From assembly GCA_964555645.1 (NCBI GenBank), contig CAZKTA010000004.1, forward strand, positions 46,742-110,741: a DNA stretch of 64,000 bases, read 5' to 3'. This DNA comes from an uncultured Verrucomicrobiota bacterium (lineage in GTDB: Bacteria; Verrucomicrobiota; Verrucomicrobiia; Limisphaerales; DTLC01). Positions 21,151-32,154 of this stretch are shown one piece after another; the stretch's first letter is position 1, and each line of letters begins with the position of its first letter. The position numbers and the translations under genes were made by a program. The notes under the pieces were generated by a model. The model did no database searches. It saw only the letters and a list, made by a program, of their open reading frames with translations, and was not told where the DNA came from.

Positions 21151-22566
21151 TCAAGAGCGCTTTCTTCCCAACGTATGGGTGGCATAACCGTAAAAGGCTT
21201 CGGCGCATTCCATCAGCGTCTCTGAAAGTGTCGGATGCGGATGCACCGTCAGTGCAATGTCAGCCGCGGTTGCGCCCATCTCGAGCGCAAGCACCGCCTC
21301 TGATATCAGCTCGCCTGCGCCTGCGCCCACTATGCCTACGCCGAGCACACGCTCAGTTTCTGGATCAACAAGCATTTTTGTCATGCCGTCGGTGCGATCA
21401 AAAGACACCGCTCTACCCGACGCTGACCACGGGAACTTTGTTACTTCGCACTTTATGCCGCGCACGCGTGCTTCGGCTTCGGTCAGGCCGCACCACGCAA
21501 GTTCTGGATCTGTGTAAACCACTGCTGGGATGACAACATTTTCAAATGCGCTCGGTGTACCGTGGATAACCTCAACCGCAACCCGTGCTTCTCTGTGCGC
21601 TTTATGGGCAAGCATCATACCCCCTACAACGTCTCCGATGGCAAATATTGCTGGGTCATCCGTCTGCTGGTGTGCGTTTACTTTGATGAATCCCTTGTCA
21701 TCCAGGTTGACCTTGGTGTTTTCGAGGCCGAGGTCGTTTGTATTTGGCACACGCCCAACAGCCACCAACACCTTGTCGTATAACTCTTCTACCTCGCGAT
21801 CTTGGTAGAGCATTTTGACCTTGATATGTTTGCCGGCTGTTGCCACGTGCGTGACTTTTGTGCTCAGTCGGATCTCTTTGAAAGCTTCTTTTGCTTTTGC
21901 AACCACGAATGTCGCGAGGTCCGGATCTGCCCCAGCCAGCAACCGGTCGAGCATCTCAACTAGCACAACCTTGCTGCCGAGCCTGGCATAGACCGTGCCC
22001 AGCTCCATTCCAATATAGCCTCCACCCACAACAAGCAGTGTTTCTGGCACTTCCTCAACAGCAAGTGCCTCGTCAGAGGTCATCACGCGTGGATTGCCAA
22101 GATCGAACAACTTCGGCATGGCCGGCACTGAGCCAACGGCAATAATTGCATGCTCGAACTGGATAAAACGCTGGCCTAGCTCGGTCTCCACACGCAATGT
22201 GTGCGAATCTTCGAAATACGCACGTCCATGAATCACTTGCACGCCGCGCTTGTTTGCCAGCCACATGACACCACCTGCCAGCTTTTCCAAGACCGAATCT
22301 TTCCACGAGCGCAACGCCGACAGATCAACCGTCGGTTGCTCAAATCTGATGCCGCGATGCGCAGACTCAGCCGCAGCCACAATCTGGTGTGTGGCATGCA
22401 GCAGTGCCTTTGACGGAATGCAGCCGCGGTGTAAGCATACACCGCCCAATTTGTTGTCGCGTTCGACCAGAATGGCTTCCATCCCGAGATCAGCCGCATA
22501 AAATGCAGCCGCATAACCACCCGGTCCGGCCCCCACCACGACAAGTTTGCTCTTGATCGGTTCCAT
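21151..22566 (-). CDS. lpdA: Dihydrolipoyl dehydrogenase (E3)
   Basis: GAGPGGY, GGVCLHRGCIPSKAL, GGGYIGME and HPHPTLSE. Confidence 0.97.
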   Translation of the reverse strand: MEPIKSKLVVVGAGPGGYAAAFYAADLGMEAILVERDNKLGGVCLHRGCIPSKALLHATHQIVAAAESAHRGIRFEQPTVDLSALRSWKDSVLEKLAGGVMWLANKRGVQVIHGRAYFEDSHTLRVETELGQRFIQFEHAIIAVGSVPAMPKLFDLGNPRVMTSDEALAVEEVPETLLVVGGGYIGMELGTVYARLGSKVVLVEMLDRLLAGADPDLATFVVAKAKEAFKEIRLSTKVTHVATAGKHIKVKMLYQDREVEELYDKVLVAVGRVPNTNDLGLENTKVNLDDKGFIKVNAHQQTDDPAIFAIGDVVGGMMLAHKAHREARVAVEVIHGTPSAFENVVIPAVVYTDPELAWCGLTEAEARVRGIKCEVTKFPWSASGRAVSFDRTDGMTKMLVDPETERVLGVGIVGAGAGELISEAVLALEMGATAADIALTVHPHPTLSETLMECAEAFYGYATHTLGRKRS

Positions 22567-22572
22567 AGTGTT

Positions 22573-23859
22573 TTAGGCAACAAGGTTTTGTTCGTCGAAC
22601 TGTTCGAGCGCCTTCACAAGATCAACCATAAACCGTGCTGCCATTGCGCCGTCAATCACGCGGTGGTCGTAGGACAGCGCCAGTGGCAACATTTGCCGCG
22701 GCTCGATTTTGCCGTCGCGCACAACCGGCTTTAGCACTGCGCGACCCACGCCAAGAATTGCCACCTCTGGTTTGTTGATTATGGGTGTAAAATGTGCGCT
22801 GCCGATCGCACCCTGATTTGAGATTGTGAATGTGCCGCCCTTTAACTCGTCGCTGCTCACCTTGCGTTCGCGTGTTTTCTGGACCAACTGTTCAAGCTCC
22901 AACGCAAGCTCGAGCATGGTTTTTCTGTCGGTGTCGCGCAATACCGGCACAATCAGGCCGTGTTCAGTATCAACTGCGATGCCGATGTGAATGTATTGTT
23001 TCAGCACCAACTCCTGCCGCAGTTCATCCAAACTCGAATTAAATGCGGGATACTTCTTCAGCAGTGCAGTTACAGCTTTGATCAAGAACACTGTCGGCGT
23101 CAGGCGCGTACCGCGCTGCTTATAAACGGGGTCAAATTTGGTGCGTAACTGGTTGACCACGGTCAAGTCTGCTTCATCGAATTGGGTGACGTGTGGGATG
23201 GTGGTCCAGTTCTCGAGCATCCGGCGCGCTATGACCTGGCGCAGTGGCGTAAGCGATTCGCGTTTGATCGGTCCCCACTTGGCAAAGTCAATCTGCTCGA
23301 CACTCGGTGGCGCAGGTTTTGCAGGGGCAGGCTTTGGCTTTTCAGCCGCTTTCTGAAGGCGCAGGATGTAAGCCCGGATGTCAGCCAGCCCGATTCGGCC
23401 GCCGGGGCCGCTGCCGTGTACTTTGGCAAGGTCGATCCCAAGCTCGCGCGCAAGCTTGCGGATTGAAGGGGGTGCAACCGGCGCTGCAACACGCGCCGAC
23501 ACGGGTTCTTCGACTGCTTCAACGGCTGCGCCGAGTTGCTCTGGCTCGGCCTGGGGCTCTGGCGCCGGCTCAGGCTGTGCGGACACGGGTTCGACCCCTG
23601 CAGATTCATGGGCCGAACGCGGCGCTGCGGCCCCGGCAAACGTCAGCAGTAGTTGGCCCACACTGACCTTGTCGCCTTGCTTGACGTGCAGCTTTGCGAC
23701 TACACCCGCAGCCGGCGCCGGCAACGTTGCAATTGCCTTGTCGCTTTCAAGCTCGAGCAATGGTTGATCTTTGGCAATCGTGTCGCCCTCTTTGACAAGC
23801 ACATTCACAACCACTGCTGCCTCAGTACCCTCGCCGAGTTTTGGGAGTCTAACTTCCAT
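22573..23859 (-). CDS. aceF: Dihydrolipoamide acetyltransferase (E2)
   Basis: Lipoyl domain LESDKA, E3-binding motif PSIRKLARELGIDL...GSGPGGRI, and catalytic SYDHRVIDGA. Confidence 0.93.
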   Translation of the reverse strand: MEVRLPKLGEGTEAAVVVNVLVKEGDTIAKDQPLLELESDKAIATLPAPAAGVVAKLHVKQGDKVSVGQLLLTFAGAAAPRSAHESAGVEPVSAQPEPAPEPQAEPEQLGAAVEAVEEPVSARVAAPVAPPSIRKLARELGIDLAKVHGSGPGGRIGLADIRAYILRLQKAAEKPKPAPAKPAPPSVEQIDFAKWGPIKRESLTPLRQVIARRMLENWTTIPHVTQFDEADLTVVNQLRTKFDPVYKQRGTRLTPTVFLIKAVTALLKKYPAFNSSLDELRQELVLKQYIHIGIAVDTEHGLIVPVLRDTDRKTMLELALELEQLVQKTRERKVSSDELKGGTFTISNQGAIGSAHFTPIINKPEVAILGVGRAVLKPVVRDGKIEPRQMLPLALSYDHRVIDGAMAARFMVDLVKALEQFDEQNLVA

Positions 23860-23928
23860 GAGCTGTTGAGTTTTCGCGTTTTGCTTGCATCACATTTCGG
23901 TCAGAGCCAAATCCATGTTGGGTTGTGG

Positions 23929-26628
23929 TCACACCACCTCAGGATACGCTTTCTCTGGGTTTACGCCTAAGTCTTTTATCGCACTCATGACAAGCTTGCG
24001 TGGCACAAGCCCTTTTTCGGCCAGCGCAAAAAGGCTCGCGATAACAATAAACTCTGCGTCCACTTCGAAAAACCTGCGCAGGCGCGGCCTGATGTCACTT
24101 CGACCAAAGCCATCTGTTCCAAGCGAGACCAACCCGCCTGGCACCCACGGCGCGATTTGGTCTGGCACAGCTTTAACGTAGTCTGAGACAGCCACAAACA
24201 CACCATTTTCACCGGCCAGCACGGTTTCCAAATACGACTTACGCGGCTCAGCTTCGGGATGGAGCATATTCCACCGCCGGCACCGCAATGCGTCTGTGCG
24301 AAGCAACCTGTAGCTTGTTGCACTCCAGACATCGGCGGACACATCATAAGCTTTGGCTAGAAGCTCCTGTGCACGCAATGCCTCGTTTACTAGTGGCCCA
24401 CTGCCAAAGATGTGTACCTTGAACTTTTTGCCGTCTGGCCCAGGCTTGAACTTGTACAGGCCTTTCAGAATGCCGTCTTCCACACCGCGTGGCATGGGTG
24501 GCATTGGATAGTTCTCGTTGTACAGCGCTAAGTAATAAAAAATGTCCTCACCCTCAACGTACATTCGGCGCAGACCATCGGCTATTATCACAGCCAGTTC
24601 ATAAGCAAACGCCGGGTCGTAGTTCAGCACGGTCGGCAACACACTTGTCAGCAGCATACTGTGCCCGTCCTGATGCTGCAGCCCTTCGCCGTTCAACGTT
24701 GTGCGTCCGGCTGTTGCGCCCAGTACAAACCCACGTGCACGCATGTCGCCGGCAAGCCAGAACAGGTCACCCACGCGTTGGTAACCGAACATCGAGTAAT
24801 AGATGTAGAACGGTATCATGGGTTGCCCGAGCGTGGCGTATGCAGTTGCAGCAGCAATAAACGATGACATCGCGCCTGCCTCGGTTATGCCTTCCTCGAG
24901 TATTTGGCCGTTATTTGCCTCGTGATAGTAAAGAAGCGATTTTTTGTCCACCGGCTCGTAAAGCTGGCCTTTAGAGCTGTAAATGCCGACCTCGCGGAAC
25001 AGCGCGTCCAGGCCGAACGTGCGTGCTTCATCTGGGATAATCGGCACAATGCGTCGGCCGATCTCGCCGTGGCGCAGGAGCAAACTCAACAGCCGCACAA
25101 ACGCCATTGTGGTTGACACAGCCATGTTGCCCGAGCCGTTTATGAACTCTGCAAAGTAGTCTAAGCCGGGCGTTGCCAGCGGTTTGGCAACCACAGTGCG
25201 CGTTGGTACAGACCCGCCGAGTGCTTCGCGCCGTTTTAGCAGGTACTGCATTTCTGGACTGTCAGGTGCAGGCCGGTAAAACGGTGTTTCGGCAATTTCC
25301 TCGTCGCTGATCGGTATGCCGAACCGTGTGCGAAACTCGCGCAGTTCTTTTTCGTTGAGTTTCTTTTGTTGATGCGTGACGTTGCGGCCCTCGCCGGCCT
25401 CGCCCAAGCCATAGCCCTTGATTGTCTTGGCGAGGATCACGGTTGGTTTCCCCTTGCATTCAACTGCAGCCTTGTAAGCGGCATATACTTTCTTGGGGTC
25501 GTGCCCACCTCGAAGCAATTTTCGAATCTGCGCATCTGTGAGATGATTCACCAACTCGAGCAACTCCGGGTACTTACCGAAGAAATGTTTGCGTGTGTAA
25601 CTGCCAGGTTCGACCGAGTATTTCTGGTAATCGCCGTCGAGTGCTTCTTCCATTCGTTTTCTGAGCAGGCCGTTTTTATCTGCTGCAAGCAGCGGGTCCC
25701 AGTCCGAACCCCAAATGACCTTAATCACGTTCCAGCCTGCCCCGTGGAAGATAGCCTCTAGCTCTTGGATAATCTTGCCGTTGCCGCGCACCGGGCCGTC
25801 CAACCGCTGCAGGTTACAGTTCACAACCCAGATCAGGTTGTCGAGATTCTCGCGCGAGGCCAGTGTGATTGAGCCTAGTGTTTCAGGCTCATCGCATTCG
25901 CCGTCGCCAACAAAGCACCAAACCTTGGGTTCTTCACCCGCAAGAAGTCCGCGTGCCTGCATGTATCGGATAAACCGCGCTTGGTAGATTGACAAGAGCG
26001 GGCCGAGCCCCATCGAAACGGTTGGGAACTGCCAAAAATCCGGCATCAGATACGGATGCGGGTAAGAGGATAACCCACCGCTTTCGGCAAGTTCTTGTCG
26101 AAAATTTTCTAAGTGTTTCTCGTCGAGCCGACCTTCCAAAAACGCACGTGCATACACCCCCGGCGCTGCATGACCTTGGAAGTAAACCAGGTCGCCCGGA
26201 AAATCTTTTGTCGGCGCCCGGAAGAAATGATTAAACCCAACCTCGTACAGTGTAGCGCATGACGCGAAAGTCGAAATATGCCCGCCCACGTTTGTGCGCG
26301 AGTTTGCGCGCACGACCATTGCCATTGCATTCCACCGCACATAGCTTTTGATGCGGCGTTCAAGCTCGCGGTCGCCAGGGTACGGCGGTTCGTCTTCCGG
26401 CGGTATGGTGTTGACATAAGGTGTGTTAAGCGGCCACTCGATCGACAGACCGCCCTCGTAAAGCTTTCTAGCTACATGCGACGCCAGCCTTGTGCTCACG
26501 CGGCGATTTGTTCCCTGCACAAGCAGATGTGCGAGCGAATCAACAAATTGGCGCCACGCGGTGTCCTGAGAATCTGTTACTTGTAGACCGTTTGATGACA
26601 TTTGATTTGGTTTTCCGTTAGCTTTCAC
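23929..26628 (-). CDS. aceE: Pyruvate dehydrogenase E1, homodimeric type
   Basis: GGHISTFAS, QGHAAPG, SSYPHP..MPDFWQFPTVSMGLGP, GDGECDEPE, CNLQRLDGPV and EGLQHQDGHS. Confidence 0.97.
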   Translation of the reverse strand: MKANGKPNQMSSNGLQVTDSQDTAWRQFVDSLAHLLVQGTNRRVSTRLASHVARKLYEGGLSIEWPLNTPYVNTIPPEDEPPYPGDRELERRIKSYVRWNAMAMVVRANSRTNVGGHISTFASCATLYEVGFNHFFRAPTKDFPGDLVYFQGHAAPGVYARAFLEGRLDEKHLENFRQELAESGGLSSYPHPYLMPDFWQFPTVSMGLGPLLSIYQARFIRYMQARGLLAGEEPKVWCFVGDGECDEPETLGSITLASRENLDNLIWVVNCNLQRLDGPVRGNGKIIQELEAIFHGAGWNVIKVIWGSDWDPLLAADKNGLLRKRMEEALDGDYQKYSVEPGSYTRKHFFGKYPELLELVNHLTDAQIRKLLRGGHDPKKVYAAYKAAVECKGKPTVILAKTIKGYGLGEAGEGRNVTHQQKKLNEKELREFRTRFGIPISDEEIAETPFYRPAPDSPEMQYLLKRREALGGSVPTRTVVAKPLATPGLDYFAEFINGSGNMAVSTTMAFVRLLSLLLRHGEIGRRIVPIIPDEARTFGLDALFREVGIYSSKGQLYEPVDKKSLLYYHEANNGQILEEGITEAGAMSSFIAAATAYATLGQPMIPFYIYYSMFGYQRVGDLFWLAGDMRARGFVLGATAGRTTLNGEGLQHQDGHSMLLTSVLPTVLNYDPAFAYELAVIIADGLRRMYVEGEDIFYYLALYNENYPMPPMPRGVEDGILKGLYKFKPGPDGKKFKVHIFGSGPLVNEALRAQELLAKAYDVSADVWSATSYRLLRTDALRCRRWNMLHPEAEPRKSYLETVLAGENGVFVAVSDYVKAVPDQIAPWVPGGLVSLGTDGFGRSDIRPRLRRFFEVDAEFIVIASLFALAEKGLVPRKLVMSAIKDLGVNPEKAYPEVV

Positions 26629-26759
26629 GGTTCATCCAACTGTGTTGCCCTGCCTGACGGTGCAAGTCCGGCATTGCCGAACTATGCGTTCACGGCCTTG
26701 CAACGCGTACGTCAGGCAATCGGCTCTAATATAGCACCGACCCATTTGTGCCCACGTTG

Positions 26760-27344
26760 TTACAAGTTTTGGTTTTTTTCAGCTAATGCGGCCTTACTCT
26801 TTGCCAGTATCTCGTCGTGCAACGAGCGGCCATGTGCGTCAATTGTGACCACAGCCGGAAAATCTTCAACCTCAAGTTCCCACATTGCTTCCGGCGAGCC
26901 GAACCGGTCGAGAAAAAACACGTTGCGCACCCGCTTGACGCACTCGGCCAGCACCTGGGCCGCGCCGCCAACTGCGTGCAGGTACACGCAGCCGTGTTCT
27001 TTGCACGCTGCTAAGGTTGCATTGCCCATGCCGCCTTTGCCGATGACAGCGCGCAGGCCGTGTTCACGAATTATCTTCGCCTGGTACGGTTCGTGACGCG
27101 TGGAGGTGGTCGGTCCTGCTGCAACGACTCTCCAGTTACCTTTTTGGTCTTTGAGCACCACAGGTCCGCAATGGTATATGACACCGTCGCGGAGGTTAAT
27201 GCCGGCTGGCAACGGCCCGCCTTCGTACAAGTACTTGTGCACCGCGTCGCGCCCGGTGAACACGACTCCCGAAATCCACACCTCGTCGCCAACCTTCAGA
27301 GCGCGAATCTCATGTTCGCTGATTGGAGTTCTCAGACGATTCAT
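26760..27344 (-). CDS. Fe-S hydro-lyase beta subunit (class I fumarate hydratase / tartrate dehydratase beta type)
   Basis: TGRDAVH, YHCGPV, AGPTTSTR, GKGGM, GGAA and EAMWELEVEDFPAVVTIDAHG. Confidence 0.9.
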   Translation of the reverse strand: MNRLRTPISEHEIRALKVGDEVWISGVVFTGRDAVHKYLYEGGPLPAGINLRDGVIYHCGPVVLKDQKGNWRVVAAGPTTSTRHEPYQAKIIREHGLRAVIGKGGMGNATLAACKEHGCVYLHAVGGAAQVLAECVKRVRNVFFLDRFGSPEAMWELEVEDFPAVVTIDAHGRSLHDEILAKSKAALAEKNQNL

Positions 27345-28017
27345 GCTTCAGTCACGCTATCTAACTATCCAGCCTGCGCAAGCATCTTTGCCGAATCCGG
27401 CGCTGCTGATGGAAGCTTCTCGGCACGAATACACCAAGAACTGGTAATTAAAACAAATCGCTAACCCATGGTCGGCTTTGAGAGAACAGCCCAACCAAGT
27501 TCGTGGTCCGACCACGCTGTTCGCGCTGCTGGATCTGCTGGCAGCCCAGTCTGCGGTTAGACCTATTGTTCGTGGGCACGACAGGCAGGTGCGTAAGTTG
27601 GAACTTTCTGTCCACGGGATTAAACTTGATTTTGTACGCGCGGCGGCTCTTTAAGAACATTTTGCAGAAATGACATTGCAGCCACCACACCACTGGAACC
27701 GTTTCTGCGCACCAAAATTTCCAAAATGATCGAGAATTAGCTTGTCTATTCTGCTGCAAATTGCGGCCGAAATTTGCCTTTTGCATCGGCGATGCCCGTC
27801 GGGCGCTTTTCATTAGAACCTGCAACGCGCACCTCAACCACGCCGAACCAATAAAGCATCGGGTCGTATTATGTCTCGAGTTTGGGCCCCAAAGTCGCTT
27901 CAAAAAACCCGGGCAACGTGATTTAGTTTGCTGAAAACAGTTCGGAGCCTCGCGCATTCTTTCCAGATGATGCATGAGTCTGCTTGCGCACGAGCACCGG
28001 CAGTTTATCCTCAGCAC

Positions 28018-29139
28018 ATGCGCGTTGTTAAGGTGCCCTTGGGCAAGCGGAGTTATCGAATCCTGATCGGGTGCGGGCTGCTGGACCGGCTCGGGCTCGA
28101 GTGCGCCCGGCTTGGGTTGGGCAAACGCTGCGCGGTTATTTCCGACCGGAACGTCGCGCCTTTGTACGCCGATGCCGCGCAACGTAGTCTTCGTGCAGCC
28201 GAGTTCGAGCCTGTGTTGATCGTCGTGCCTGCAGGCGAAACGGCGAAGAACCTCCGCACCGTCGAGTCATGTTACAACCAACTTGCTGCAAACAGACTCG
28301 AACGCACATCGTTCATAGTCGCCCTTGGTGGGGGTGTGGTAGGTGACCTTGCCGGGTTTGTCGCAGCAACGTATCTGCGCGGAATTGCGTTTGTACAAGT
28401 GCCAACCACGTTGCTTGCCGCAGTTGACAGCTCAGTTGGCGGCAAGGTCGGCGTGAACCTCGATGCAGGTAAGAACCTCGTAGGCGCGTTTTACCAGCCG
28501 CGGCTTGTGCTGTGCGACCTCGCCACGATGGACACGCTTGATATGCGCGAGTATCGCGCCGGGCTTGCTGAAGTAATCAAGTACGGTGTGATTAACGACG
28601 CGATGCTGTTCAGACGACTCGAGCGCGACATGCCCAAACTGCTTGCGCGTGAGCCAGGTGCACTCGCCGCTGTCATAGCGCGGTGTTGTCAGATCAAGGC
28701 CGAGGTTGTCGCCAAGGACGAAACCGAGGGCGGGCTGCGGCAGATACTCAACTTTGGTCACACAATCGGGCACGCACTCGAAGCAATATCGCGTTACGGC
28801 AAGTACTTGCATGGCGAGGCGGTCGCGGTTGGTATGGTTGCTGCCGCGCATATCTCGGCTAGGGCTATTGGTCTGTCCGATGGAGATGTCGAGAGGATTA
28901 CGCAGTTGCTCCAGCACGCCGGGTTACCTGTCAGTGTGCGTTTGACCCCTGCGCAGACGCAACGACTGTTTGAGGCAATGCGGCTGGACAAAAAGGTCAG
29001 GGCCGGCCAGATCAGGTTTGTGCTGGCGCGTCGGATCGGCGAGGTTGTTTGGGGCCGGCACGTTAGCGATGAGCTTGTGCGTCAAGTACTCACTAAAATT
29101 GCCGATACAAAGTCGAAAATCCCAAATCACAAATCGTAG
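28018..29139 (+). CDS. aroB: 3-dehydroquinate synthase
   Basis: GETAK, ALGGGVVGDLAGF, PTTLLAAVDSSVGGKVGVN, KN.VGAFYQP, LNFGHTIGHALE and LHGEAV. Start ATG 28018. Confidence 0.97.
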   Translation: MRVVKVPLGKRSYRILIGCGLLDRLGLECARLGLGKRCAVISDRNVAPLYADAAQRSLRAAEFEPVLIVVPAGETAKNLRTVESCYNQLAANRLERTSFIVALGGGVVGDLAGFVAATYLRGIAFVQVPTTLLAAVDSSVGGKVGVNLDAGKNLVGAFYQPRLVLCDLATMDTLDMREYRAGLAEVIKYGVINDAMLFRRLERDMPKLLAREPGALAAVIARCCQIKAEVVAKDETEGGLRQILNFGHTIGHALEAISRYGKYLHGEAVAVGMVAAAHISARAIGLSDGDVERITQLLQHAGLPVSVRLTPAQTQRLFEAMRLDKKVRAGQIRFVLARRIGEVVWGRHVSDELVRQVLTKIADTKSKIPNHKS

Positions 29140-29150
29140 TTTGGTGAATA

Positions 29151-29759
29151 GTGATGGCTGCTGTAAGTGAAACGATAGTTCGCGAATTTTTCGAGCTGCA
29201 CGGGTTTCTGGTGCAGCAACGGCGCAAATACATCACACCCACCAGACGCGGTGTTGAGGAAGACGTTGATTTCCTCGTATACAATCCGCACCCGCGCCAG
29301 TTGAAACCGGATGAACAATTACCTTTCGTGCTCGGGTCCGAAGACGTCGAACGGCTTAGCCGGGCGGTTGTGGTTGTCAAAGGTTGGCATACTGAAACAT
29401 TTGGTCCAGGGGTCTTGGCTAGTTCACCCGAGATTTTTCGGTTCGTGCATGCTGCGGTTTTCAAGGAGGCCGCACGCGCGCTCGGCGCTGAAGGCGCGCT
29501 GGCAAGGATCCTGGTTGTACCTGGGCTACCCCAAAGCGCTGAGCCGCGTCAGAAAAGTATTGAACTGCTACGGTCCAAGGGCATTGACGCTGTGATTCCA
29601 TTTCGGACGATGTTGGCTGCGTTGATTGACCGGGTCGAGGTAAACCGCAATTACCAAAAGTCCGACCTGTTGCAGATCATCCGGATTTTGAAGAATTACG
29701 ATTTTGTCAAAGGTCCACAGCTTGATCTGTTCAAGCCACGCCGCCGCCGCGTGCGCTAA
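29151..29759 (+). CDS. Conserved hypothetical protein, PD-(D/E)XK-like fold
   Basis: E..VREFFELHGFLV...DVDFLV...VVVVKGWH follows the Hjc/restriction-endonuclease core pattern. Tightly spaced behind aroB. Confidence 0.6.
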   Translation: MMAAVSETIVREFFELHGFLVQQRRKYITPTRRGVEEDVDFLVYNPHPRQLKPDEQLPFVLGSEDVERLSRAVVVVKGWHTETFGPGVLASSPEIFRFVHAAVFKEAARALGAEGALARILVVPGLPQSAEPRQKSIELLRSKGIDAVIPFRTMLAALIDRVEVNRNYQKSDLLQIIRILKNYDFVKGPQLDLFKPRRRRVR

Positions 29760-29958
29760 GCGTGAGAGTAAAGGGCCGAGTAGTGAAGCCATCGGACGGG
29801 CAGACTGGCAAACAGCGACAAATGCTTTTGGGTCAAGATGGCTAGCCCAAGGACGCGTATGGTCCGTCCGCGGTAAACTCCGACTCACCTGAGCGGCTCT
29901 GCGGCTTCGGCTGAGGGTTTTCGGTCTCGCCAAAGCATCGTATTGTGCTAGTTTCGTA

Positions 29959-30531
29959 ATGATCATGGTGCTGGTGATAGATAATTACGATTCGTTCACG
30001 TACAACCTGGTGCAGTACCTAGGCGAGCTGCAGGTTGAACTGCAGGTGTTCAGAAACGACCAGATCACACTCGAGCAAATCTGGCAGCTTAAACCTGAGC
30101 GCATACTGATCTCGCCCGGGCCATGCACTCCGCGCGAAGCTGGCATCTCGAACGACATCATCCGCACTTTTGGCCCGAGCATACCGGTGTTTGGTGTATG
30201 CTTGGGCCATCAGTGTATCGGCCATGTGTTTGGTGGTGAAGTTGTGGTGAACTACCGGCTGATGCACGGCAAGGTTTCGCCAATCAAGCACAACGGAAAA
30301 GAACTGTTCGAAGGTATGCCGAACCCGTTCCTTGCCACGCGGTATCACTCACTGGTCATCAAGCGCGACACACTGCCTGAGTGTCTCGAAATTACAGCCG
30401 AGTCTGATGAGGGCGAGATCATGGGTGTGCGTCACAAGCAATACCCAATCTGGGGCGTGCAGTTCCATCCTGAGAGTATCCTCACTGAGAACGGCCGGCG
30501 CATCGTGGAAAACTTTTTGAAGCTGAGGTAA
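29959..30531 (+). CDS. trpG: Glutamine amidotransferase component II (anthranilate synthase / PabA)
   Basis: [28 protein letters not shown] and QFHPES. TrpG versus PabA cannot be resolved from sequence alone. Confidence 0.9.
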   Translation: MIMVLVIDNYDSFTYNLVQYLGELQVELQVFRNDQITLEQIWQLKPERILISPGPCTPREAGISNDIIRTFGPSIPVFGVCLGHQCIGHVFGGEVVVNYRLMHGKVSPIKHNGKELFEGMPNPFLATRYHSLVIKRDTLPECLEITAESDEGEIMGVRHKQYPIWGVQFHPESILTENGRRIVENFLKLR

Positions 30532-30742
30532 AAGTTTGCCTGCGTTTGCCACCCCTAACGAATAGAAGGCGCTTACACGCTGGCAAAGCCGATGCTTCTG
30601 ATGTTTGTAAGCAGTCCCGAGCGCCTGAACTCTAATCTTGGCAACATGCAGTGCGGTGAAGCTGTGATTGGCCCGTTTGATGTCTTTGGGGCCTAGTTGT
30701 CAAAGCTTGCTAGCATACCGGCACAGGTGTAAGTGCGTTTGG

Positions 30743-31195
30743 CTATTCACGGCGCTTTGTGTCAATGATGATTGTGACTGGGCCGTCGTTGGTGAGGGTG
30801 ACCTTCATGTCCGCGCCAAACACGCCCGATTGCACTGGCCTGCCGAGGTCTTGCGCCAGGCGCGACACGAACGCGTCATAAACAGGAATCGCTTTCTCGG
30901 GTTTAGCGGCGGAACTGTACGACGGCCGGTTGCCTTTCTTTGTGCTCGCGAACAGCGTGAACTGGCTCACAACAAGTATGTCACCCCCGATGTCCTGCAC
31001 CGAAAGGTTCATCACGCCGGTTTCGTCCGGGAAAACGCGGAGTCTTACAATCTTGCCGCTGAGCCATTCAATGTCCTCGGGGCTGTCTGCGTCTTCGATG
31101 CCCACCAACACAACCAACCCGCGCCCGATCGCAGCGTGTGTTTGGCCGGCAATCGCGACCGACGCAGACGAAACCCTTTGGATAACAGCGCGCAC
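30743..31195 (-). CDS. dtd: D-aminoacyl-tRNA deacylase
   Basis: MRAVIQRV, VSQFTL, KGNRPS, GVFGADM and NDGPVT. Confidence 0.97.
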   Translation of the reverse strand: MRAVIQRVSSASVAIAGQTHAAIGRGLVVLVGIEDADSPEDIEWLSGKIVRLRVFPDETGVMNLSVQDIGGDILVVSQFTLFASTKKGNRPSYSSAAKPEKAIPVYDAFVSRLAQDLGRPVQSGVFGADMKVTLTNDGPVTIIIDTKRRE

Positions 31196-31209
31196 GGTCA
31201 GTTAGTGGT

Positions 31210-31752
31210 TTAACTTTTTGTCTCAAAGATTTCGCGTAATGCGGCTTGGTAAGCCTCAAGCGCCGCCTTACCGAAACACACAAGATAGACCTTTTCGATC
31301 GTTCGATTTGTTTTGAGGAACTGGATTGTCTCGCGCACGGCAATGCGCGCTGCGCGGTCAATTGGGAATCCGTATGCGCCGGTGCTTATTGCCGGGAACG
31401 CGATCGTCTTTATTCTGTGTTGTTCGGCCAGGGCAAAGCAGCTCTTGTAACAACTGGCCAGCAACGCGTCTTCGCCTTTTGTCCCACCGTGCCAGACCGG
31501 GCCAACCGTGTGAATGACCCATTTGGCGGGCAACCGGTATCCCTTGGTGATTTTCGCCTCGCCAGTTTTGCATCCGCCTAGTTTACGACATTCATCGAGT
31601 AACTCTGGTCCAGCAGCGCGATGGATCGCGCCGTCAACGCCGCCGCCACCCAGAAGCGTCGGGTTCGCCGCGTTCACTATGGCGTCAACGGCGAGCTTGG
31701 TAATGTCGCCTTCGACAACTTGAATCCTGTCTTTGACTGTACCCGTTTCCAT
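31210..31752 (-). CDS. Macro-domain protein (YmdB-like O-acetyl-ADP-ribose deacetylase)
   Basis: [37 protein letters not shown] and [13 protein letters not shown]. Start ATG 31752. Confidence 0.95.
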   Translation of the reverse strand: METGTVKDRIQVVEGDITKLAVDAIVNAANPTLLGGGGVDGAIHRAAGPELLDECRKLGGCKTGEAKITKGYRLPAKWVIHTVGPVWHGGTKGEDALLASCYKSCFALAEQHRIKTIAFPAISTGAYGFPIDRAARIAVRETIQFLKTNRTIEKVYLVCFGKAALEAYQAALREIFETKS

Positions 31753-31924
31753 CGTTTGGCTGCATGATACCGAGGCCGACCGCCAGGCGCGAGCTGGGAA
31801 TCTGTGCTCGGCAGAAATCATTTGCAATTGTGCGTTAGATGTGTCGGAAAAACAGTTGCGGCGAGCCCAAGATTGACCAAAATTATTTCCGAACCAGTCG
31901 GGCATGACCCGACCGAAAAACAGC

Positions 31925-32014
31925 GGAGAGATGGCAGAGTGGTCTAATGCGCACGCCTGGAGAGCGTGAGTGGGCTAAAACCCACCGGGAGTTCGAATCT
32001 CCCTCTCTCCGCCA
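31925..32014 (+). tRNA. tRNA-Ser (anticodon GGA)
   Basis: Acceptor ggagaga/tctctcc plus GCCA, anticodon arm cacgc-ctGGAga-gcgtg, long variable arm, T-loop gttcgaatc. Confidence 0.96.
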
Positions 32015-32154
32015 GTTAAGTTTGGTGCCTGCGGTTCATCAACCGACGACCAAACAATAGCCTGCAATACCGGTTAGCGGGTTTTTGTTGCTACCAGCCG
32101 TTGTTGCGAAAGCCCGAAAAGTTCGCCCCAGAAAATTCAGCATGCGGTTTTGGA

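Noticed and set aside
27448-28182. 244-aa minus-strand ORF upstream of the fumarase beta gene
   Set aside because: Overlaps aroB antisense and has no alpha-subunit or other recognisable motif.
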